Shown here in pieces: positions 1 to 9,417 of a stretch of 64,000 nucleotides of DNA (positions within the stretch are counted from its first letter, which is position 1; each line of letters opens with the position of its first letter). This DNA is from Thermoplasmata archaeon (GTDB lineage: Archaea; Thermoplasmatota; Thermoplasmata; Lutacidiplasmatales; UBA184), in the NCBI GenBank assembly GCA_049285595.1, contig JBAQAF010000013.1, forward strand, positions 61,200 through 125,199, written 5' to 3'. The position numbers and the translations under genes are program-made. The notes below the pieces were generated by a model. It was given only the letters and a program-made list of their open reading frames with translations, did no database searches and was not told the DNA's origin.

Positions 1-1886
1 TCTGCCCGAAACACGCCCGATTCCTTCCCGACCGCTATCTGCTCGGCACCTGCCCGCACTGCGGCTTCGAGGACGCCCGCGGCGACGAATGCGACCGGTG
101 CGGTCGCCCGGTCGAACCCCGTCTCCTCGGGAAGGCACGGTGCTCGCTCTGCGGGACCCCGGCGGAGTTCCGGCCGTCGGAGCACTTCTACCTCGAGCTC
201 GATCGACTCCAGACGCCGCTCGCCGAGTACGTCGCCGCCCAGACGCACTGGCGGGGGCCGACGCGGCACGTCGCCGAGAGTTTCCTCGCCGAGGGGCTCC
301 ATCCGACGCCGATCACGCGCGACCTCGACTGGGGGGTCCCGATCCCGTTGGAGGGGTACCCGACGAAACGGTTCTACGTCTGGTTCGACGCCGTCATCGG
401 CTACCTTTCCGCCTCCAAGGAGTGGGCTGCCCGCACGGGCCGGCCGGACGAGTGGCGCCGGTTCTGGGACGAGAGCGAGCCGGTCCGGTCGTACTACTTC
501 ATTGGCAAGGACAATCGCTTCTTCCACACGATCATCTGGCCGGCGATCCTCCTCGGGAGGACCGGACTTCGCCTCCCGTACGACGTCCCCGCGAACGAGT
601 GGCTGCTCGTCGGCGGGGGGAAGGTGTCGAAGTCGCGGACGACCGATGCGCAGGCGTTCCTGCCGGCGCTTCTGGAACGGTACCCACCCGACGTCATTCG
701 ATTCTACGCGGCGCTCCTGGCTCCTCAGAACCGCGATACCGAGCTCGACTGGAAGGAGTTCGACCAGCTCTGGGAGGACTGGCTCGCGAATCAGTACGGC
801 AATCTCGTGCAGCGGACCCTGGTCCTGGCCCGCGAGCGATACGACGGGAAGATACCGGCCCCTCCGTCCGGATGGAGCCCGGACAGCGAAGGGGGCATAG
901 GAGAGCATCTGCGCGAGGCGCATCGCCGAGTCGCCGCCGAGTACGAGGCGGTCCATCTCAAGGAGGCGCTTGACCTCACGCTCGCCGAGGTCAGGGAGGC
1001 GAACCGGCGATTCCACGAGTCGAAGCCGTGGGACGCCGCCGAGCCGGAACGGTCGCGCATCATCTACGAAACCCTCTGGCGTCTGCGAGCGCTAGCCATA
1101 TGGCTCGCTCCCGTGATTCCGTTCTCCACCGCCGAGGTGTTTAGGATGCTCGGGTTCGCCGAACCTCCCGCGGACGGGCAGTGGGATTCGGCGCTCCAGC
1201 CCCCACCTCCGGGCCAGGCGCTCGGGGAGGTTCGTCCGCTGTTCCCGAAGGCGATTCAACCTGCGGAGCCCCCCGTGGGCACTCCGGCCAAGGCCCCGGT
1301 CCACGCATCGACCGTTCCGCTCGCGGGACGCGCGGGGATCGTCCGTAGCGTAGCCGTTCACCCGTCGGCGGACAAGCTCTACGTCCTGGAGGTCGACCTC
1401 GGCGAACCGACTCCGCGAACCGTCGTCGCCGGTCTCCGACCGTCGTATCAGCCCGAGGAGCTGACGGGCCGCGGAGTGATCCTCCTGGCCAACCTCGCCC
1501 CCCGGACGATCCGTCGGATGACCTCCCAGGGAATGGTTCTCGCCGCCGATCTGGGAGACCGCTCGGCGATACTGGTCACTCCCGAAGGGGTCGCGCCCGG
1601 TACGTACCTCGCCGGCGCGGGGGCGGCCGATCGAACGATCTCGTACGAAGAGTTTGCCTCGGTCCCTCTGCATGTCGGAAGGGTGGTGGGACCCGGGTCA
1701 CCGAACGAAAGCGAGGTTGATCTCGGCGAACGAAGGGTGACGGTATCGGGAAGCTGGCCGATCGGCGCGGCGTGCGTGGTGCGCCGACCCAGCCCGACCT
1801 CCGAGCGGGGCGAGATCGTCGCCTTCGGCCCGGGCTTGGCGGTGCGACCCCTCGCCGAGGTACCTCCCGGCGCGAAGGTCCGATGA
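1..1886 (+). CDS. metG: Methionine--tRNA ligase, 5'-truncated by the window edge, with C-terminal OB-fold (Trbp111/EMAP-like) tRNA-binding domain
   Basis: Frame of track ORF 348..1886 stays open back to nt 3 (CPKHARFLPDRYLLGTCPHCGFEDARGDECDRCG zinc knuckle). KMSKS-type loop GGGKVSKSR. C-terminal VHPSADKLYVLEVDLGE...GMVLAA. Confidence 0.95.
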   Translation, partial: CPKHARFLPDRYLLGTCPHCGFEDARGDECDRCGRPVEPRLLGKARCSLCGTPAEFRPSEHFYLELDRLQTPLAEYVAAQTHWRGPTRHVAESFLAEGLHPTPITRDLDWGVPIPLEGYPTKRFYVWFDAVIGYLSASKEWAARTGRPDEWRRFWDESEPVRSYYFIGKDNRFFHTIIWPAILLGRTGLRLPYDVPANEWLLVGGGKVSKSRTTDAQAFLPALLERYPPDVIRFYAALLAPQNRDTELDWKEFDQLWEDWLANQYGNLVQRTLVLARERYDGKIPAPPSGWSPDSEGGIGEHLREAHRRVAAEYEAVHLKEALDLTLAEVREANRRFHESKPWDAAEPERSRIIYETLWRLRALAIWLAPVIPFSTAEVFRMLGFAEPPADGQWDSALQPPPPGQALGEVRPLFPKAIQPAEPPVGTPAKAPVHASTVPLAGRAGIVRSVAVHPSADKLYVLEVDLGEPTPRTVVAGLRPSYQPEELTGRGVILLANLAPRTIRRMTSQGMVLAADLGDRSAILVTPEGVAPGTYLAGAGAADRTISYEEFASVPLHVGRVVGPGSPNESEVDLGERRVTVSGSWPIGAACVVRRPSPTSERGEIVAFGPGLAVRPLAEVPPGAKVR

Positions 1887-2563
1887 CGTCGGGCGTCTGT
1901 CTCGACCTCCACGTGCACAGCGACCAGTCTCCTGATTCTCGACTTTCTCTCGACGCGATCGTAGCCCGCATCACCTCCCTCGGCCTGAACGGTTTCGCGC
2001 TCACCGATCACAACACGATCGACGGCCATCCCGCGCTGCGACGCCTCGCGCAGCAGCGTCCCGACCTCATCCTCGTTGCCGGCGTCGAGATCTCGACGAT
2101 CGAGGGTCACCTGCTCGCGTACGGCATCCCTTCGCTTCCTCCGGTGCGACACCCTATCGACGAGACCATCGCGTGGATCCGGGCCCACGGCGGAGAGCCG
2201 GTGCTAGCGCATCCGTTCCGCCGGTCGCACGGCGTGGGCGGAAGGACGGCACAGCGCGTCGACGTGACGGCGGTGGAGACTCTGAACGGACAGACCTCCC
2301 CGCGCGCCAATCGATCGGCCGACGCGCTCGCGGATGACCGTCACCTCGCGCGGATCGCCGGAAGCGATGGCCATACGGCGCCCGGGCTCGGGCGAGCCTA
2401 CACGACCTTCGAGGAGCGTCCCGCCTCCCCGGACGACGTGCTCGAAGCGATCCGCCGGGGCAGGACCCACGTCGGGGGCGCCTCCCTCGGTTTCGGGGGG
2501 CGCCTGCGGTGGGGACTCCGCAACGCGATGCTGCGAACCGCTCGGGGATTCCGGGCAGTCTAG
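1883..2563 (+). CDS. PHP-domain metal-dependent phosphoesterase
   Basis: ATG at 1883 overlaps the metG stop (ATGA). MTSGVCLDLHVHSDQSPDS...ALTDHNTIDGH...VLAHPFR...GSDGH histidine-rich PHP motifs. The upstream part of track ORF 1772..2563 lies inside metG. Confidence 0.85.
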   Translation: MTSGVCLDLHVHSDQSPDSRLSLDAIVARITSLGLNGFALTDHNTIDGHPALRRLAQQRPDLILVAGVEISTIEGHLLAYGIPSLPPVRHPIDETIAWIRAHGGEPVLAHPFRRSHGVGGRTAQRVDVTAVETLNGQTSPRANRSADALADDRHLARIAGSDGHTAPGLGRAYTTFEERPASPDDVLEAIRRGRTHVGGASLGFGGRLRWGLRNAMLRTARGFRAV

Positions 2564-2627
2564 CGAAACACTCCGGGGGTTCTCTTCAACAAGGGCGGGC
2601 CCGGCGAGAGCCCGCCCCCGGCCCACT

Positions 2628-3086
2628 CTACAGTCCGAGTTGGAACCCACCAGAGCCGCCCGCCGAGAAGAGGCCCTGGATCGCGTTCCCGAGACCCGAC
2701 AGTCCGGTCGTCGAGGCGAACGCCGACAGGGCGCCCGAGACACCCGGGACCCCGGCATACGCCGCGGCCGTTACGGACGCGATCCCCAGGCCAATGCCGA
2801 TCGCGGCCTTGACCGCCAGACTGGCGGTCCACCCGACCGCGGCCGTACCGGCTCCGGTCGATCCCGCCATCGAAGCGCTCGCGGCTCCGGTGGCCGGCAA
2901 CGCTCCCGACGTCGAACCCGACGCTCCGGCGGAACCGCCGGCGGACGAACCCGCCGCGGCGGACATGCCGGAACCGCTGACCGATTCGCTCGCCGTGGCG
3001 CCACCCGCTCCCGTCGATCCACTGGCTCCCACTGCTCCGCTGGTCGCCGCCGTTCCGCTGAGACTGGTGCTTGCTGTCGCCATCAT
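2628..3086 (-). CDS. Hypothetical Gly/Ala/Ser/Thr-rich protein with glycine-zipper-like hydrophobic C-terminal half
   Basis: 152-aa ORF. An A/T-rich GGAAATAAAC element lies about 45 nt upstream on the minus strand. Third codon positions coincide with the antisense ORF 2509..3120, so strand choice rests on promoter context and residue pattern only. Confidence 0.4.
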   Translation of the reverse strand: MMATASTSLSGTAATSGAVGASGSTGAGGATASESVSGSGMSAAAGSSAGGSAGASGSTSGALPATGAASASMAGSTGAGTAAVGWTASLAVKAAIGIGLGIASVTAAAYAGVPGVSGALSAFASTTGLSGLGNAIQGLFSAGGSGGFQLGL

Positions 3087-3210
3087 GGCCTTCTCGGTTG
3101 CGTTGGGTCGGAAGGGCTAGTTGTACTCCTGTTTATTTCCGGTCCCTTCCGCTTGGACATTTTGGGTCCTCTCCGATAGGAGGAGCTCCCCCCGCGCCCC
3201 CTCTGGAGCG

Positions 3211-3217
3211 CTTTAAG
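3211..3217 (+). promoter_or_regulatory. TATA-like box (CTTTAAG) of tRNA-Cys
   Basis: A/T-rich heptamer ends 25 nt before the tRNA 5' end. The same TTTAAG hexamer sits 28 nt upstream of tRNA-Val. Confidence 0.5.
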
Positions 3218-3241
3218 CCCGGCCCGGCTGGGACCCGCCGC

Positions 3242-3314
3242 GCCGAGGTGGCAGAATGGTTAATGCGACAGACTGCAGATCTGTTTCCTGGGGGTTCGAT
3301 TCCCTCCCTCGGCT
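3242..3314 (+). tRNA. tRNA-Cys (anticodon GCA), no encoded CCA
   Basis: Hand-folded cloverleaf. Acceptor GCCGAGG/CCTCGGC, D stem GCAG/ATGC, anticodon stem ACAGA/TCTGT with loop CTGCAGA, 5-nt variable loop, T arm GGGGG-TTCGATT-CCCTC, discriminator T. Confidence 0.9.
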
Positions 3315-3557
3315 GGAATTTCTGAGCGCGCCGGTGTCGCGGCATTGTGGCGCCACTCGTTAGAACACCGCGAACGGAAAGCCATAGTCGAGGATGCTCG
3401 GATCTTAGCCGTGACACCATGGCGCCGCGACGGGGCCGTCTTCCGGAAACGGGTGCGTTAACGAAGGGGGGCCGAGCTTTCCGGGCGGTCGGTTCATCGG
3501 CAGGGCGTTCCCCGTAACTTGGGGTTGCGGTCGAGAGACCGGTCCATATTTCCTGGT

Positions 3558-4595
3558 ATGCGGAGAGGATCGGGGGGTCTCGCCTCGTTAGGGTCATGTA
3601 CATGTAGGCTCGTCCTCGCGCCTGTGTCCGGCGACAAGGTCTTGGATTGGTTGCTCGAGCCCGAGCAGCCGTCAGTCCGCTACCTCGCGTTGACCCAACT
3701 CCTCGGGAAGAAGGAGAACGACGCGGAAGTTCGCAAGGCCAAGGCGCGCATTCCGACTACGGGATGGGTGGCCGATACGCTTGCCCGCCGAAACGCCGCC
3801 GGATGGTGGGAACGGGACAAAGGCTGGATGGAGCCCCGGTTCACCGCGACCCACTGGACCATGCTCGCGTTGGCCGATCTGGGGGCGACGCGTGCCATCC
3901 CGGAGGTGGCAGCGTCGGCGGAGTATTGGATGGCCAAGTCGCCGCTCGAGGGAGGGGGCGTTGGAGGGTTCGGGAAAGGGAAGGGACACCACTGCTACAC
4001 GGCCAACATGGCGCGCGGCCTCCTTCGCTTGGGCTACGAGGACGACCCTCGCGTCCGCAAGACCCTCGAATGGCTGGTCCAGACCGCCCACCCGAAGGGG
4101 GGCTGGTCCTGCCGTTACGTCAAGAACGGGCCGGCCACGAGCCGTTCGCTTGACGCGTGGGAGGGGTTAGGCGCCTTCGCCGCGTACCCTCGTTCCAGGT
4201 GGAGTCCGGCGATGAAGGCAGTCGTGGAGCGGACTGCCGAGTACTACCTCGAGCACGAGCTCCACAAACAGGGCGACCGGTACGAGCCATGGTACCGCTT
4301 CCACTGGCCCGTGCACTACTACTACGACCTGTTGGTCGGAATGGATTGCCTGACCGCGCTCGGCTACGGCAAGGATCCGCGACTGGGATACGCGGTCGAC
4401 CTGCTGCGCAAGAAGCAGCGGCCCGATGGAAAGTGGGACCTCGACGCCTTCCAACCGGATCCCTACCAGGAGTTCGTCGACTGGTTTGCGAAGCACCCCG
4501 GGAACTGTCCGGTGCCTCTGACGTTCGAGGCGGAAGAAAAACCGAGCAAGATGATCACGCTCCGCGCGCTGACCGTGCTTTCGCGCGTGGAATAA
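3558..4595 (+). CDS. Prenyltransferase/terpene-cyclase-like alpha/alpha-toroid repeat protein (paralogue of 11180..12145)
   Basis: Track ORF 3519..4595. QW-like repeats (KGGWSCRY, QRPDGKWDLD) and PWYRFHWPVHYYYDLLVGMDCL shared with the paralogue. Start uncertain: ATG 3558 preferred, GTG 3624 possible. Confidence 0.75.
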   Translation: MRRGSGGLASLGSCTCRLVLAPVSGDKVLDWLLEPEQPSVRYLALTQLLGKKENDAEVRKAKARIPTTGWVADTLARRNAAGWWERDKGWMEPRFTATHWTMLALADLGATRAIPEVAASAEYWMAKSPLEGGGVGGFGKGKGHHCYTANMARGLLRLGYEDDPRVRKTLEWLVQTAHPKGGWSCRYVKNGPATSRSLDAWEGLGAFAAYPRSRWSPAMKAVVERTAEYYLEHELHKQGDRYEPWYRFHWPVHYYYDLLVGMDCLTALGYGKDPRLGYAVDLLRKKQRPDGKWDLDAFQPDPYQEFVDWFAKHPGNCPVPLTFEAEEKPSKMITLRALTVLSRVE

Positions 4596-4722
4596 CCGTC
4601 GTCCGTGCCGCCGCGCCTGTTGGAGTTACTATCATCGGTCGCGCGTGCCCTTCTTGAAGTTCGCGCGGCCACGAGCGCCGGCGCCATCAACACAACGTGT
4701 TCGTTCCGGCTACTCTCCACAA

Positions 4723-5205
4723 TCAAGGAGGCGGGCTGAGTAACTTCGACATGCGAAGGTTGGTCGTCCTGTAGCCGAGTTTTGAATACAGGGCTATCGC
4801 GCCGTCGTTGTCGGCCAGGACGTGTAGGCCGATCCGATCCGCGCCCACCGCGCGCGCCTCCTGCTCGAGGTGGTGAAAGGTCTGGGTTGCGTACCCCCGC
4901 TGTCTCAACTGGGGCTCGATCCAAATCCAGTCGATCCAGAACTGCATCTTGCCGCCCTTCGCTTCGGCGACGTACCAGGTCTCTCCGACCCGGGAGCCGC
5001 TGCCCTCGTCAATTATGGTACAGAAGTGATGGTGGGGTGTCTGGCTCCCTTGAGGGAGTAGTTGAGCGAAATCGGTACGGCTGGCCTGGATAGCCTCCTC
5101 TTCGGTCCAGAATCCCCTACGAACCTCCTCTGCTGCATGCCGCGGAATCGCGCGGTCTCGAGACGCCTGGAAGTCGGCATCGCTCATCGGTGCCAGCCGA
5201 ATCAT
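4723..5205 (-). CDS. GNAT family N-acetyltransferase
   Basis: 160 aa. Acetyl-CoA binding core IWIEPQLRQRGYATQTFHHLEQEARAVGADRIGLHV...NDGAIALYSKLGY. Confidence 0.85.
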   Translation of the reverse strand: MIRLAPMSDADFQASRDRAIPRHAAEEVRRGFWTEEEAIQASRTDFAQLLPQGSQTPHHHFCTIIDEGSGSRVGETWYVAEAKGGKMQFWIDWIWIEPQLRQRGYATQTFHHLEQEARAVGADRIGLHVLADNDGAIALYSKLGYRTTNLRMSKLLSPPP

Positions 5206-5478
5206 GCTCGGGCGATGGCATGCCGGGTTAAGAAAACGCGAAGCACCGGGGATGTTCCGACTGATACTCGCCAGCGGCAGTACTGTCGCGCGATCGGGAC
5301 ACTCATCGCAGTCAGGTCATCATCAGCGCACCCCCATGCCGAAGGCTCATCCTGGCTCGATTCGCTCCTCCCCCGCGCGTGTCGCGGTCACTGTTGGCCG
5401 TGCGCTCCCGCATCAAGCCCGCGATCACCGTTGGCGCAACTTGCGCTTCGCTCCGGAAAGGGGCAGTTTGACAAAGGT

Positions 5479-6075
5479 CTAGCTCGGGCTCATGCCTTGG
5501 CGGGGGAACGTTACCTCGACGAATCGACCGCTCCCCAGCTTCCGTTCGTCGAAAAGCTTGGCACGACGGGGCCGGAACCGGAACGGGCGAAGCCGGAACG
5601 ACCCTTCGTCGTGTTCGTTCGCCGCTCGCCAGCCTTCGAACCCCGGGAATCGCTTGGCGTACGTAATCGAAGCTGCCTCCGCCATTCGGCCGGTGGCCTC
5701 TCCGCAGGTGCCGAAGAGCTGCACGCCGCAGTCGGGCCGGCCCCACCGTTGGTGAGAGTCGAAAATGGCGACTGCCATCGAGGGCCGTTGCCGGAGGTTA
5801 AGACAGTGGCGCGAAGTTGGATAGGATTAGAAGAGGATGCTCCAATCCTTGGCCGAAGCGTAGTAAGCGGTGTTGATGTGAGCTCGGCCGCGAGCGTCCA
5901 CCGTTGCAAAGGAACCGAGCACGTTCTCCCGGAGGAGTCGAAGGAGACTGGATCGTACCCGGCTCGAGGTCAGCTTTCCGCGGACCACCTCGATTCCCAT
6001 TACCAATCCGGGGAGATGTCTCCGGAACCGTCTCATCCCAAGACGTTTGCGCGCTGAGAACTCGCTCATTTCCAA
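5479..6075 (-). pseudogene. Pyridoxamine 5'-phosphate oxidase-like (FMN-binding split barrel) gene interrupted by one in-frame TAA
   Basis: Track ORFs 5827..6075 and 5479..5778 are in the same frame, separated by a single TAA at about 5824-5826. The joined product reads LLRENVLGSFATVDARGRAHINTAYYA...ILF*SYPTSRHCLNLRQRPSMAVAIFDS...GVQLFGTCGE, a typical PNPOx-family layout. Confidence 0.6.
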
Positions 6076-6239
6076 TCGAGTGGGGAGCCAGCCGGTTTCC
6101 CGAATCCTTGTCTATGAAGGGGGTTGTGTAAGGGAGGGACCTCCTGGTCCTGCCGGTATCTCGACCGCCAGTTTCTGTAGGAGTCTAGACCTGAGTCGGA
6201 ACCGAACTTTTCGACGATTCCCTCCCTCGGCTGGAATTT
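6068..6239 (+). repeat. Unit A of the reiterated tRNA-Cys-locus repeat (decayed pseudo-tRNA or att-like copy)
   Basis: Ends in an exact 25-nt copy (6215-6239) of tRNA-Cys 3297-3321, cgattccctccctcggctggaattt. Left end ATTTCCAATCGAG and internal GGAACCGAAC are shared with units B and C. Confidence 0.75.
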
Positions 6240-6452
6240 ATAGGTTGTATCGAACCTGTCTTGAGTGGATCACCGTCGACAGGGCGTAACCCTCGGATCC
6301 ACCCAGGGGCATGCACTGGTGGTCCTGGCGCCCACGATTGGAACAGATATCCGCGCGCTGGTGGGGTGACCGGTCTACCACCGTGAACGCGCTCCGCCTA
6401 CGACATGGGCGCATCCCGTCCGAGTAGATCCCGTGCGCTCGAGAACGGACCG

Positions 6453-7127
6453 CTAGGTACGGGTCGGGGAGCGCTTGGCCGGTTCGGGGGGAACCCTACG
6501 AACCACGACCCAACGGTGCATCGCGATCTTGCGGTTCTTCTCGAATCCCGCCTTCTCGAACATGCCTAGGGTACCGCTGCAGAGGAAGGAGCGCGATACC
6601 TTCCGGTCGGCAACATCTTCCGGATACGCCTCGACCGATCCTCCTCCAAGTCGGGCGATCTCACGAACCGCCTCGCGGAGGGCGATGTTCGCGATCCCCT
6701 CCCCTCGTCGCTCTCGGTCAATGAAGAAGCAGGTGATGCGCCAATCGGGAAGTTCACCGAGCCCCTGGTCGTAGGTCTTCCGGCTTCGGATGTTCGGTAG
6801 CTCCGCGGCAGACCCGAACTGACACCACCCGACGGCGTTGGGGCCGTCGAAGACGAGCGCGGCGTGCGCTCGCCCACGCCGGACACGCGCCTCCTTCATG
6901 GCTCGATACGCGGCCGCCCCTCGCCCCCCTTCGCCGGGCTCGAGATGAAACGAGATGCACCAGCAGCCACCGAAGATCCCGTTATGCTTCTCCACCAGCC
7001 GGGCAAACGCAGGCCATGTGGCCGGGGAGAGCGGTTTTGAGGTGAGGGACACCGCGGGTATCTGACGACCACGACCCCGAGGAGACACCTTCGGGGCGCT
7101 GTGGGATGCCCGCGGGCCACCGGCCAT
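6453..7127 (-). CDS. GNAT family N-acetyltransferase
   Basis: FGGCWCISFH...AALVFDGPNAVGWCQFG...FFIDRERRGEGIANIALREAVREIARLGGGSVEAYP. Start uncertain (GTG at about 7052 would remove a basic 25-aa leader). Confidence 0.8.
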   Translation of the reverse strand: MAGGPRASHSAPKVSPRGRGRQIPAVSLTSKPLSPATWPAFARLVEKHNGIFGGCWCISFHLEPGEGGRGAAAYRAMKEARVRRGRAHAALVFDGPNAVGWCQFGSAAELPNIRSRKTYDQGLGELPDWRITCFFIDRERRGEGIANIALREAVREIARLGGGSVEAYPEDVADRKVSRSFLCSGTLGMFEKAGFEKNRKIAMHRWVVVRRVPPEPAKRSPTRT

Positions 7128-7143
7128 CGTGGACTCCGGGCCG

Positions 7144-7986
7144 CTACTCGCGCGCAGTCGGAAGGGTTTCCGAGAATTCGCGGAGCGCGGTGTCGAACGC
7201 CTCCGGCGCGGAGAGGTTCAACAGGTGGTCGGCGCCGGGGATGAGTTTCACCTGGGCGCCCCCGATACCTCGCGCCAAGAAGTTCGCGCAGTGCGGCATC
7301 GCAGGGTTGTCCCGGTCCCCGACGAGGATCCGGGTCGGGGCGCGGATCTCCTTCAGCCGAAGCGCGGCCGGCCCCCCCTCGCGGGCATCGTATTGGGCGG
7401 AACGATCCTCGAAGACTTCCTTTGCATTCTCCCGGACCATGGCCCGGAAGAGGTCAAGTCCGCCCCCCGTGAGGGCCGAGGCCCACAACTGCCGAAGGTG
7501 TTCGGTAGCTTCTTCGAGCTTTCCGGCGGCCCAAGCGTCCGACGCGGCCTTCGAGAGCGTTTCGTCGCGCTCGAACGTAGCCTTCCCGCCAGGAACCTGG
7601 TCGTAATCCATCCCTGAATATCCCGGGGCGATGAGCAGCAGGGCTCCCACCCGGTCGGGGTGCGCCAGGGTCAGGTCGAGGGCGATCCTCCCCCCCATGC
7701 TGGGACCGACGATCAACGGCGCTCTCATCCCGAGGTGGTCAAGCAGAGTCAGTAGGTCCTGGGCGGACGAATACTTCGAACTCGCAGGCGGTGAGCCTCC
7801 GAACCCTCGGAGATCGTAGCGCACCACGCGATGGTCGCGCGCAAGAAGCGGGAACTCACGATTCCACATGCGTCGGTCCGCGATCCCCTCGTGGAGGAGT
7901 ACGATCGGTCGACCGCGTCCCCTCTCCTCGAACGAGATCTTTCCGCCGGGGACATCCATGGTCTTGGGGACGTCAGGATTGTTCAT
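7144..7986 (-). CDS. Alpha/beta-fold hydrolase
   Basis: MNNPDVPKT...PIVLLHEGIADRRMW...LIVGPSMGGRIAL (nucleophile elbow G-x-S-x-G). TTTAT box 26 nt upstream of ATG 7986. The first 70 codons of track ORF 7144..8196 are discarded. Confidence 0.85.
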   Translation of the reverse strand: MNNPDVPKTMDVPGGKISFEERGRGRPIVLLHEGIADRRMWNREFPLLARDHRVVRYDLRGFGGSPPASSKYSSAQDLLTLLDHLGMRAPLIVGPSMGGRIALDLTLAHPDRVGALLLIAPGYSGMDYDQVPGGKATFERDETLSKAASDAWAAGKLEEATEHLRQLWASALTGGGLDLFRAMVRENAKEVFEDRSAQYDAREGGPAALRLKEIRAPTRILVGDRDNPAMPHCANFLARGIGGAQVKLIPGADHLLNLSAPEAFDTALREFSETLPTARE

Positions 7987-8230
7987 TGGCGTGGCAACCG
8001 CTCCCAACCAGATAAACGAAAGGAGGGGATGGCGGAACGGCTCGAGATGGCACCGCCCAGCCGCTGGAGCCCCGAAACGTCCGGGCGTGAGCTGGGCTCC
8101 GAGCCCATCGTACCAAGTACTCAGAGCGAGCGCTCCGTTGGGAGAAACTGGAACATAGACTGTCCCTCGGAACCTATGTCGGTTCGGGGTCAGCACCGAC
8201 CCGCGCTCGGCCCTTGCTCATGCGGGCCCC

Positions 8231-8403
8231 CTTCCTATCGAGGGCGATCCTTGCCAATCGCAGTAGCCGTTCTCAACGGGGGAGCGATCCAGTACCCCGA
8301 GGTACGATCGATCGGGCAGGATCGCGACGGCCCCGGTCCGAAGGGAATCTGGATCCGAATAGGAATCGAACGGTTCGAAAATCCCCTCCCTTGGCTGGAA
8401 TTT
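8231..8403 (+). repeat. Unit B of the reiterated tRNA-Cys-locus repeat
   Basis: Right end ggttcgaaaatcccctcccttggctggaattt mimics the tRNA T-loop, acceptor 3' strand and flank. Internal CCGAGGT is complementary to CCTTGG (acceptor-like). Roughly two-thirds identical to unit C by hand alignment. Confidence 0.65.
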
Positions 8404-8677
8404 CAGGGCGCGTCGGGGCGCAAGACTCGTCGAGCCAATCGATGGAGCACCGTGAACGGAGCGCAACCCTCGCACTCCCGCGAGGGTGCGCCCGCGTCAG
8501 AAGAACGCCGTCGATGGGGTGGTTCCTTCGGAAAGAGTACGGTGACAGTCCAAAGCTGGTGTCGAACGAGCCTACCTCCGTGGACTCCGACAACTGCCGA
8601 ACCGTTCTACACCGATTCACGCACTTCGAAATACTTAAGGTGGGAAACGTTGCTTCGAATCGAGCAGGCACGGCCCG

Positions 8678-9382
8678 ATGACGAACCGCGAGAATCTCTT
8701 TCGCCCGGTCCACAAGGGCATTCGAGCGATGATTTACGATTCGGCCCAACGGTTGCAGGCCCTGGATTTCACGAATGTAGCCGAATCGAACGAGTTTGCA
8801 ACCCGGTTAAAACGCGACCTGGGCGCGTCCGCCTCCAACTGTCTGCTCTGTTTGCTCCGCGCGCATTCGATCCACGAGGAAAAGGAAATATTTACGGAGG
8901 TACACCGCTTCGATCCGGAGATCGTCAAACTGATGATGGCGGAACATGCGGAGGTGGCGAAGCGGGTTCGGGTCCTCGACACGACCTGTAACGACCTCAT
9001 GAAAGTCACCGACCCGGCTCGTCGCATCGAGGTCGGGGATCGACTGGACCTGGAGGCGAACGATCTCTTCGCGTTCTACCTCTCTCACTTGAACAACGAA
9101 GAGGCCACCGTGGTACCGATAATGTGGGAGCGGTTCACGGACGCACAGCTCCGCACCCTACGGGCCAAGTTCTACGACAACATACCGCTCCCCCGTTTCG
9201 AAGAGTGGATGCGCTGGACCCTGCCCGCGTTGAACCTGAACGAGCTCGAGGTCATCTTCTCAGGGCTCAAGCAGGATCCGGGGGCCGCTCGGTTCAAGGA
9301 TTGGGTTCGAATGGCCAAGCAGACATTGGATCCGGAACGCTGGCGAGCGCTGGACCGCCTCGTGAGTCTCAGCATCACCTGA
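8678..9382 (+). CDS. Hemerythrin-like (HHE cation-binding) domain protein
   Basis: 234 aa with repeated H/E ligand motifs (HKGIRAM, RAHSIHEEKEIF, MAEHAEV, LSHLNNEE). Confidence 0.75.
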   Translation: MTNRENLFRPVHKGIRAMIYDSAQRLQALDFTNVAESNEFATRLKRDLGASASNCLLCLLRAHSIHEEKEIFTEVHRFDPEIVKLMMAEHAEVAKRVRVLDTTCNDLMKVTDPARRIEVGDRLDLEANDLFAFYLSHLNNEEATVVPIMWERFTDAQLRTLRAKFYDNIPLPRFEEWMRWTLPALNLNELEVIFSGLKQDPGAARFKDWVRMAKQTLDPERWRALDRLVSLSIT

Positions 9383-9417
9383 GATTTTGGCCGCCCCGGT
9401 CCACGATCACCCGGCAG

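Noticed and set aside
6068-6239. Terminal inverted repeats of the ~170-nt units (a MITE-like interpretation).
   Set aside because: The apparent inverted repeat (about 14 of 20 matches in unit A, about 10 of 20 in unit B) is largely explained by the natural complementarity of tRNA acceptor-stem-like sequences. I keep it only as an alternative hypothesis in the main finding, not as a feature.
8296-8396. Unit B as a functional intron-containing tRNA-Cys gene.
   Set aside because: The acceptor-like pairing CCCGAGG/CCTTGGC survives, but position 1-72 is mismatched. No anticodon arm with a GCA loop or canonical T loop (TTCGAAA, followed by a non-pairing stem) can be folded, and I see no bulge-helix-bulge motif. 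It is best treated as a pseudogene or repeat.
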